NCBI RefSeq assembly: GCF_006345805.1
Contig: NW_021827005.1
Span: 1 to 11,372 of the forward strand
Reading direction: 5' to 3'
Length of the DNA: 11,372 bases
Source of the DNA: Octopus sinensis
Taxonomy: Eukaryota
The notes under the pieces were generated by a model. That model was not told where the DNA came from, did no database searches, and was given only the letters and a program-made list of their open reading frames with translations. The position numbers were made by a program, and so were the translations under genes. Positions within the stretch are counted from its first letter, which is position 1. Each line of letters opens with the position of its first letter. Positions 1 to 6,622 of the stretch are shown here, one piece after another.

Positions 1-864
1 ACGGAGCGGACGGTGGAGATGCAAAATGACTCTTCATATATTTCATAGATTATGCAATGTCCTTCGACAAAGTAAGACATGACATGTTATTTGAAGAATT
101 CAGTAACCTTGATCTACACGGGAAAGATCTCTGACTCTTGCAGAGCCTGTCTTAGAACTAATCATCGTGCTTCAAGGTTGATGGAGAATGCAGTGAGTAC
201 ATTAGCATCAGGAGAGGGGTTAAACAAGGATGTGTTATGTCACAAGGTCTTTTCAATTACAATAGCGAATTGATCTTAAGCGAACTGGAGAAAGGAAAAG
301 GTAAGCGGCAGAAACGCCACAAACGTAAGATATACAGATGATATAGTCTTACTTGCAGAATCGGAAAAGGAACTTCAGAGACTTCTGGATGTAGAGAAAG
401 TAAGAGGAAAGGTCTGTTCATAAACAAACGAAAGCAGAACGTATGGTGGTGACAACGAAGGGAAGGCCAAAGTGCATGCTGGAAGGGAACAATCAAATCA
501 TTCGTCAGGTTTCATCTTTCACCTACTTTGGAACTTTGATCACAGAGGATGCAAGAAGTGTGAAAGTGATAAAAAGCAAATAGTGCTCGCAAAATATGTA
601 TTCTCAAAATTGTGTAATATTTTGAGAAACCCTACTCTGAGCATCAAGACGAAAATCCTTATATTGAATTGTTATGTCTACTTGGAGAGTTGAACATTGA
701 GAGTAGAACACTGAGGATATCATGGACAGACAGTGTCTAATGAAGAAGTGATAACCCGAGCTGTGGTAAATAGGAAACTGCATAGGAGATAAGGGACAAG
801 CGACTGAGATTTCTTGGTGATGTGATGAGGAAAGAGGACCTGGAGAATTTAGCGATGATGGAAA
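1..864 (+). mobile_element. Decayed RTE-clade non-LTR retrotransposon, reverse transcriptase region (pseudogenised; continues beyond the left edge)
   Basis: Hand translation across frameshifts and stops gives FIDYAMSFDKVRH (~42-80), IRRGVKQGCVMS (~207-242) and NVRYTDDIVLLAESEKELQRLLDV (YTDD at 331-342, the YADD motif). It also gives KYVFSKLCNILRNPTLSIKTKILILNCYV and WTDSVSNEEV. This is the motif order of RTE-clade RT domains. Confidence 0.85.
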
Positions 865-867
865 TCG

Positions 868-959
868 ACACACACACACACACACATATATATATTTGTT
901 TCAGTTTCTGTCTACCAAATCCATTCACAAGGCTTTGGTCGGCCTGAGGCTATAGCAGA
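868..959 (-). mobile_element. Internal fragment of SINE family B
   Basis: (CA)n/(TA)n is followed by TTTCAGTTTCTGTCTACCAAATCCATTCACAAGGCTTTGGTCGGCCTGAGGCTATAG, nearly identical to 5985-6041 of the full-length copy. Confidence 0.75.
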
Positions 960-960
960 C

Positions 961-1128
961 TGGGTAAAATTAAATACAGGAGAATCAGTTGATTATGATT
1001 TTATCCAACATATTCCCCTCTCAGGTTCACTCAATTATTGCAGCGGTCCTTCAGTTTTTCTATGTCCTGTGAAAGGATCGAAGTTTGGACCTCCAACGAT
1101 AAAGTCAGGAATTTTTCAGCATCCCTGG

Positions 1129-1130
<2 letters not shown>
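961..1130 (-). mobile_element. Tc1/mariner internal-deletion relic: one TIR-like end plus the last transposase codons
   Basis: The minus strand starts TA-CCAGGGATGCTGAAAAATTCCTGACTTT (1130-1101), a mariner-like terminus next to a (TA)n run. Positions 1072-1001 translate as SQDIEKLKDRCNN*VNLRGEYVG*, resembling the mariner C-terminus GIxKLxxRWxKCVxxxGxYVE*. The second TIR is not visible. Confidence 0.65.

Positions 1131-1131
<1 letters not shown>

Positions 1132-1191
<60 letters not shown>
1132..1191. repeat. (TA)30 microsatellite
   Basis: Perfect TA run directly abutting the TA at the mariner-like terminus. Confidence 0.95.
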
Positions 1192-1195
<4 letters not shown>

Positions 1196-1266
1196 ATCCA
1201 AACAAGAAAACACACGAAAAAAACACAGCAACGCGAGAACGTGGAACAAATAAAGTATTATTGGAC
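1192..1266. mobile_element. Probable interspersed-repeat fragment (possibly the end region of a Penelope-like element)
   Basis: GTTAATCCAAACAAGAAAACACACG...GGAACAAATAAAGTATTATTGGAC resembles a common octopus repeat as I recall it. There is no second copy in the window, so the call is weak. Confidence 0.3.
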
Positions 1267-1592
1267 AGACAGTGTCTAATGAAGAAGTGATAACCCGAGC
1301 TGTGGTAAATAGGAAACTGCATCGTGAGATAAGGGACAAGCGACTGAGATTTCTTGGTGATGTGATGAGGAAAGAGGACCTGGAGAATTTAGCGATGATG
1401 GAAAGAATTGCAGAGAAAAGAAGCAGAGGAAGGAGGATGATGATGTGGACGTTAAGCTTGATGAACAGGTTGGAAGAAAGAGGTATTAAATATCAGGAAG
1501 TGGGGCTGTTACACAAAACAAAGAACAGAGAATTGTGGCAGGACAGGATCACTTATGTCCTACTTAAAGTCTTACATGGCACTTAAAGAAGA
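1262..1592 (+). mobile_element. 3' end of the same RTE-clade LINE (C-terminus, stop codon, short AAGAAGA tail)
   Basis: ORF 1272-1586 reads SNEEV...LRFLGDVMRKEDLENLAM...KRSRGR...KTKNRELW...VLHGT*. This matches the typical RTE C-terminus (LKFLGHIMRKEGLENL...GKRxRGR...ATxDRxLW...GHGT*). TAA at 1584-1586 is followed by AGAAGA. Confidence 0.85.
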
Positions 1593-1593
1593 T

Positions 1594-1873
1594 AGGTGTA
1601 GGTCCGTGGCTAGAGGTTAAGGTGGACCATAGCTCCAATTCCTAGACCGGTGGTGCGTTGTGTTCTTGAATAAAACACTTCATTTCACGTTCCTCCAGTC
1701 CACTCACCTGTAAAATAGATAACCCTGTGACGCACTGGCGTCCCGTTTAAGGAGTATGTCGGCCTACTCGCTTACCTAGGGGTTGGCATCATTTGGAGGC
1801 TATATCTATGTGAGGAAGTGCGTTGTGACTAGCGATGTATAGTCACATCCGTTAGTCTTGTCGATACAGTGAT
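1594..1873 (+). mobile_element. tRNA-derived SINE, family C (diverged)
   Basis: A-box-like TGGCTAGAGGTTAAGG and degenerate B-box GCTCCAATTCC. These are followed by TTGTGTTCTTGAATAAAACACTT...CCAGTCCACTCACCTGTAAAAT, which resembles CORE-type SINE central domains. The element ends in a (TA)n tail. Confidence 0.6.
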
Positions 1874-1909
<36 letters not shown>

Positions 1910-1920
1910 TATATATATAT

Positions 1921-2079
1921 ATAGACAACCCTGTGACGCACTGGCTTCCCGTTTAAGGAGTATGTCGGCCTGCTCACTTACCCAGGGGGTGGCATCATTT
2001 GAAGGCTATATCTATGTGAGGAAGTGCGCTGTGACCAGCGATGTATAGTCACATCCGTTAGTCTTGTCGATACAGTGAT
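1921..2079 (+). repeat. Tandem second copy of the SINE-C 3' half (duplicate of 1715-1873)
   Basis: 159-bp copies with a period of 206 bp and about 9 substitutions by eye. Each copy is followed by a TA-rich tail. Confidence 0.95.
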
Positions 2080-2254
2080 AATATATATATATATATATAT
2101 ATAATATATATATTATATATATATATGAATTAAAGGATATATAATCCTGGCGGCTACCACGTTTCCTCTTAAATCGGTTTCATTATTAATACTAGTACTT
2201 ATTATTATTTGTTTTGGATCACCACTACTTTATTATCTCCTCTTCTCCTTAGCT

Positions 2255-2468
2255 CTGCTGTGTGACCCTTCTGTCCGGCATTCGCCATGATAGATCGCTA
2301 GCCACTACACAATCTTTATTTTCTCTCCTTGTTTCTTTCTGTGTTCCTTTCTGTGGAAGAGCGTAAGCTCAAAACGTTAAAGACATTTCACTTCCCGAGC
2401 GTTATACTAATACATCTGTCTACACCATCTGTCTTGGTCTTTTGTTTTTTTTTTGTGAATTCTCCCTA
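2255..2468 (+). mobile_element. Probable terminal region of a Penelope-like element containing a degenerate hammerhead-like motif
   Basis: Pyrimidine-rich segment containing CTTT-CTGTGGAA-GAGC-GTAA-GCTC-AAAACGTT-AAAG (2347-2382). Penelope-like element termini are known to carry minimal hammerheads. The family assignment comes from recalled similarity only. Confidence 0.4.
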
Positions 2469-2757
2469 CACACACACACACATGCATATATGTATATTTG
2501 TGTTGTGTGTTTGTGTGTGTGTGTATGTGTGTGTATGCGTGTGTGTGTATGTGTCGTGTGTAAAACTGTTTATGAAACTTCAATGAACTCACGGGTTAAA
2601 AAAAAGCAAAAACCCATGAAGTATGGATGTACATGTCTTTTTTTTCTCTTTTTTTTTTTAATACAGTAAGATATGATTTTCAAGCGATTTAACTGCTTTT
2701 TCTTGCAGAGCACGTGAGGATATAGAGGCTCCACCTGTCACTTATAATAAGAGCTAT

Positions 2758-3176
2758 TACAGGCGGTGAGCTGGCAGAAACGTAAGCACGCCGGGCAAAA
2801 TGCTTAGCCGTATTTCGTCTGCCGCTACGTTCTGAGTTCAAATTCCGCCGAGGTCGACTTTGCCTTTCATCCTTTCGAGATCGATTAAATAAGTACCAGT
2901 TACGCACTGGGGTCGATCTAATCGACTTAATCTGTTTGTCTCTCCTTGTTTGTCCCCTCTGTGTTTAGCCCCTTGTGGGTAGTAAAGAAATAGGTATTTC
3001 GTCTGTCTTTACGTTCTGAGTTCAAATTCCGCCGAGATCAACTTTGGCTTTCATCCTTTCGGGGTCGATAAATTAAGTACCAGTTTCGCACTGGGGTCGA
3101 TGTAATCGACTTACTCCCTTTGTCTGTCCTTGTTTGTCCCCTATATGTTTAGCGCCTTGTGGGCAGTAAAGAAATA
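2758..3176 (+). mobile_element. tRNA-derived SINE family A: head plus two 184-bp body units, flanked by a 15-bp TSD
   Basis: Head 2761-2808 with A-box-like TGGCAGAAACG. Unit 1 spans 2809-2992 and unit 2 spans 2993-3176, each with B-box-like GAGTTCAAATTCC. A perfect direct repeat TATAATAAGAGCTAT lies at 2743-2757 and 3177-3191. Confidence 0.88.
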
Positions 3177-3693
3177 TATAATAAGAGCTATCCACTGCTT
3201 GGTTGACAACCAAATGGATTAGAAATGTTCTCTCGTTAACACACACGCTTCTCTATTGTAATATTCCGCTTCACAGCCTAAACTCACAACATATCTTCAC
3301 CTCCCATCAGAAATTTTCAAATATAAAGAAACAATGCTGCAAACAATATAACTAGAATTTTCCCTAAAACAAAACCTGTAACTTCAATAAAAGACTGTAT
3401 TAATTTGGAAATGTAGGACAAAGAAATATCTATCTCTCGTATTTATTAGAAAGTCCTCCCAGCAGCTTTACAAAACAACAAAGTACTGAGAAAACTGTTC
3501 TTTATATCGTAAAAGAAACGGATAAAGTAGATTAAGTTTAATAAACTAGTGAAAATTGCTTGAAACTTTTTTGTTATCGGCAATGGGGAGGATGTGAAAC
3601 AAGTCTTTTGTTTTCCAAAATAGAATAGAGAGAATAAGAATAGAAAGCACGAAAAGGAGAAAGATAAAGGGGGAAAAGAGGGGTGAGCGGAGG

Positions 3694-3700
<7 letters not shown>

Positions 3701-3738
<38 letters not shown>

Positions 3739-3759
3739 GAGCGAGCGAGAGAGAGAGAG
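3701..3759. repeat. (GA)n microsatellite with GC interruptions
   Basis: Direct reading of the sequence. Confidence 0.95.
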
Positions 3760-3943
3760 TATTTAATTGTCTATAGTATTAAAAAATATAAATTTCTAAA
3801 GGATTATTGAATTATCTGACAATAGAAAATGAAGGAAAAATATTAAAGAAGTAAAAAGACAAAAGAATTTAACTAATCGAAGCTGCGAGGGAAAATGAAA
3901 AACTGTCGATATAAAAATAAATAAGTAGTGATGGTGGTTACAC

Positions 3944-4122
3944 GGAGGCACATGGTCTGGTAATTAGCGCAGCGGTCTTGCAGTCGAGAGATCGTGGGTT
4001 CGAATCTCAGACAGGGTGATGTGTGTGTTTATGAGCGAAACACCTAAGCTCAATGTGGCTCCGGCAGAAGGTAATGGCGAACTTCTGCTGACTCTTTCGC
4101 CACAACTTTCTCTCATTCTTCT
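3944..4122 (+). mobile_element. tRNA-derived SINE family D, 5' portion
   Basis: GGAGGCACATGGTCTGGTAATTAG head (A-box-like) and canonical B-box GGTTCGAATC at 3997-4006. The spacing is tRNA-like but there is no acceptor-stem complement, and non-tRNA body sequence follows. Confidence 0.6.
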
Positions 4123-4157
4123 GGGGGCGTAGGGTTAAATGATACTATCGCCTCTGC

Positions 4158-4282
4158 TACTTGTGCCATTCCAAAAAGATGAGAAGCAATGCTGATTTCG
4201 GTAGGATTTGAACACAGAATAAAAAGAGCCGGAACAAATACGGCAAGGCATTTTCCCCGATGCTCCAACGATTCTGCTAAAC
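4158..4282 (-). mobile_element. Old, diverged SINE family A-related 5' fragment
   Basis: The minus strand reads TAGCAGAATCGTTGGAGCATCGGGGAAAATGCCTTGCCGTATTT...GTGTTCAAATCCTACCGAAATCAGCATTGCTTCTCATC, colinear with the family A head and body start. It carries a canonical B-box GTTCAAATCC. Confidence 0.65.
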
Positions 4283-4320
4283 TTGATAAAAAAAATGCGA
4301 AAAGTCATGCTACTACTTAC

Positions 4321-4614
4321 ATGTAATGTCTGCGCGAAAGCCATGATGGCGTTGCTGAGATGTTCAGCGTCTGTTTGCACTGAATTCACATATTTAGCGA
4401 CGTCTTCTTTGCCGGTACAAAGTCGTACTTTCCCGAAGTTATAGTGGTGAGATCTGTTGTATTTATCTGATGGCAGCTTACATTTAAAGACCTCTTGCCA
4501 GAACTTCTGGAACCACGGATTCCTTTTGTTTTTATTCGGTTTCTTTTGATCCATATAATCGTCGAAACTTATGACGGCATTTTCGGTCAACTGGAGAACT
4601 AAGGTTCCTTCAAG
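4321..4614 (-). CDS. Internal coding exon (98 codons, phase 0-0) of a class C GPCR, metabotropic glutamate receptor-like, Venus-flytrap domain
   Basis: Acceptor TTTTTTCAG| at 4615 and donor CAT|GTAAGT at 4320-4315. The peptide is LEGTLVLQLTENAVISFDDYMDQKKPNKNKRNPWFQKFWQEVFKCKL...CTGKEDV...NAIMAFAQTLH. It aligns to the mGlu1-type sequence GGITIKL..EVRSFDDYF...RNPWFPEFWQHRFQCRL...CTGNESL...[10 protein letters not shown], including both conserved cysteines. Similarity stops at the splice sites. Confidence 0.92.
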
Positions 4615-4719
4615 CTGAAAAAAATATTTGGCAGAAAATGACACTATTTATTAGTCAATGCAAATACTACACAACATATAGTCACATCTATAATATACTT
4701 GTTCTACAATCACTCTCTT

Positions 4720-4945
4720 TTACTCTTTTACTTGTTTCAGTCATTTGACTGCGGCCATGCTGGAGCACCGCCTTTAGTCGAGCAAATCGACCCCGGGACT
4801 TATTCTTTGTAAGCCCAGTACTTATTCTATCGGTCTCTTTTAAGTACTAAGCTTACAAAGAATAAGTCCTGGAGTCTATTTGCTCGACTAAAGGCGGTGC
4901 TCCAGCATGGTCACAGTCAAATGACCAAAACAAGTAAAAGAGTAA
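4720..4945. repeat. Foldback inverted repeat made of two SINE-B 3' ends (arms 4720-4824 and 4841-4945, 16-bp spacer)
   Basis: The reverse complement of the right arm matches the left arm over 105 bp with about 9 mismatches. The left arm plus spacer is colinear with 5735-5855. Confidence 0.93.
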
Positions 4946-5019
4946 TAAAAATCGCTGAAATTTCATTTTATTTTACAATTTAAATACGAAGGAAAAAATC
5001 TTATCTTTTACTCCACTGC

Positions 5020-5358
5020 GACCATACCTAGTATTTATTTCATCTTGCACTTTTTGGCGAACTACTAGTTTACCAATACCGGTTGTTAGGTGGTGGCGGT
5101 AGGATAACTTGAACACAAACAAAAAGGTACACACTCACACACACACATACAACAACAACAACAACACTCTCACACACATACCTATTTATATATGACGTTT
5201 TTTTTTTTCAGTTTCAGCGTAACAATTTCACTCACAAAGCTTTGGTCAGCCCAGGGCTATAATAGATCACACTTACCCAAGGTGATGTACCGTGGGACTG
5301 AACCCAAGACCACATGATTGGGAAGTAAGCTTCTCAACCACGCAACCAAACCTGCGCT
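5020..5358 (-). mobile_element. Older diverged SINE family B copy
   Basis: Colinear with 5735-6135: CTCACAAAGCTTTGGTCAGCCCAGGGCTAT, ACTTACCCAAGG, GGGACTGAACCC and CTCAACCAC. It has an internal (CA)/(CAA) tract. The left boundary is approximate. Confidence 0.75.
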
Positions 5359-5734
5359 TGTATACATTGTCTAACGTTTAGTAAGTAACGATATGAAAAT
5401 AACGAGTCGCGACGGTGAGTATACACGGTGGGGTGTACGATAATAGTGAATATCGGTCTTGTAGGACAAATTCTCTCCCAAAGACTTCCTATGTGGAAAC
5501 ACAACACGTAGCAAATGATGTCAGCGGACTAGTATGCACCGGTATTTTGGTTTAATTTCTCTTTGTCAGTGATAAACACTGACACAGTCCTTTGGAGCTA
5601 AATAGAAACCTCTATTACTGTACAGTAATCAGCAAACTAAGTTTTGTTGATGTATGCTAAGGCTAGTCAAGCTGGTTCAAATTCAGTGGAAGCGCGTAAA
5701 GAGACGGGAGGAATAAAATAATGGTAATTATATC

Positions 5735-6135
5735 TACTCTTTTACTTGTTTCAGTCATTTGACTGTGGCCATGCTGGAGCACCACCTTTAGTCGAGCAAA
5801 TCAACCCCAGGACTTATTCTTTGTAAGCCTAGTACTTATTCTATCGGTCCCTTTTGCCGAACTGCTAAGTTACAGGGACATAAACACACCAGCATCGGTT
5901 GTCAAGCGATGTTGGGGGGACAAACACAGACACTCAAACATATACACACACATGCATATATATATACATACATACGACGGGCTTCTTTCAGTTTCCGTCT
6001 ACCAAATCCACTCACAAGGCTTTGGTCGGCCCGAGGCTATAGTAGAAGACACTTGCCCAAGGTGCCACGCAGTGGGACTGAACCCGGAACCATGTGGTTG
6101 CTAAGTAAACTACTTACCACACAGCCACTACTGCG
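5735..6135 (-). mobile_element. Near full-length tRNA-derived SINE family B
   Basis: Minus-strand head GTGGCTGTGTGGTAAGTAG (A-box-like) and GGGTTCAGTCCC (B-box-like), then CORE-like CACCTTGGGCAAGTGTC. An internal (CA)/(TA) tract and the 3' end GAAACAAGTAAAAGAGTA follow. No clear TSD. Confidence 0.85.
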
Positions 6136-6361
6136 GTTACAAAACATTCCGGTACACTCGAAAGTGATCTACTTTCGCTTCGAGATTCAGTCTCAAAGAG
6201 CAACCTTTCTTTAGAGACCTTACATGAAAAAGTACAAGCGCCAAAGGGCGTTAACCCTCATTTCGAATCCTTGACGCAACGGAACAAGCAAGGTGAGACA
6301 ACTTGGAGAGAAAGAAAGTTGCACCAACAATCCGGCAGGTGTATATTTTTAGTTGCGTAAA

Positions 6362-6410
6362 TAGGAGCAACGTGAGATGTGAACCGGTCTTGGAGTCGAA
6401 CCCTCCATAA
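6362..6410 (-). mobile_element. Short internally deleted relic resembling SINE family C
   Basis: The minus strand reads GAGGGTTCGACTCCAAGACCGG-TTCACATCTCACGTTGCTCC. That is a B-box plus two blocks similar to 1632-1650 and 1679-1696. Confidence 0.35.
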
Positions 6411-6512
6411 CCTTATGAACACACTTGTCATTTGACATTGGGCTTTCACATATAAATATGTACGTTGTTATCTTAAGATATCGCTTAGGTACAACAATAC
6501 TGATAACCTGGT

Positions 6513-6622
6513 AAGGCGGCGAGCTGGCAGAAACGTTAGCACGCCGGGAGAAATGCTTAGTGGTGTTTCGTCTGCCGGTACGTTCTGAGTTCAAATTCCG
6601 CCGAGGTCGACTTTGCCTTTCA
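6513..6622 (+). mobile_element. SINE family A head plus the first 61 bp of the body, truncated at an inversion junction
   Basis: AGGCGGCGAGCTGGCAGAAACGTTAGCACGCCGGG...GTCGACTTTGCCTTTCA matches 2761-2869, then the sequence switches abruptly to minus-strand body sequence. Confidence 0.9.

Larger units (their letters stand above)
723..1404 (+). repeat. Direct repeat pair of LINE sequence: 723-864 and 1262-1404
   Basis: The two copies are identical except for CATAG-GAGAT versus CATCGTGAGAT (1 substitution plus 1 indel). They are separated by 397 bp of unrelated repeat fragments. Confidence 0.95.

Noticed and set aside
1272-1586. Intact 104-aa ORF as an expressed host gene
   Set aside because: It is the C-terminal remnant of the RTE ORF. 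The upstream RT is disabled and the start codon is non-ATG.
3944-4015. tRNA gene
   Set aside because: It has A/B boxes but no complete cloverleaf or acceptor stem, and it runs into SINE body sequence. The same applies to the other heads.
4135-4644. The 169-aa ORF as a complete single-exon gene
   Set aside because: Homology is confined to 4321-4614 between strong splice sites. The N-terminal 10 aa are the polypyrimidine tract and the C-terminal part is intron plus a SINE-A relic.
5382-5414. Plus-strand 33-nt micro-exon (CTAAC..TTTAG| ... GACG|GTGAGT)
   Set aside because: There is no real polypyrimidine tract, it is on the opposite strand to the supported gene, and there is no other plus-strand exon evidence.
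6159-6480. Small hairpins and palindromes (CGAAAGT/ACTTTCG 6159-6177; TATCTTAAGATA 6469-6480) as terminators or a structured ncRNA
   Set aside because: They are short, AT-rich and plausible by chance. Bacterial-type terminators do not apply here, and no larger fold is evident.
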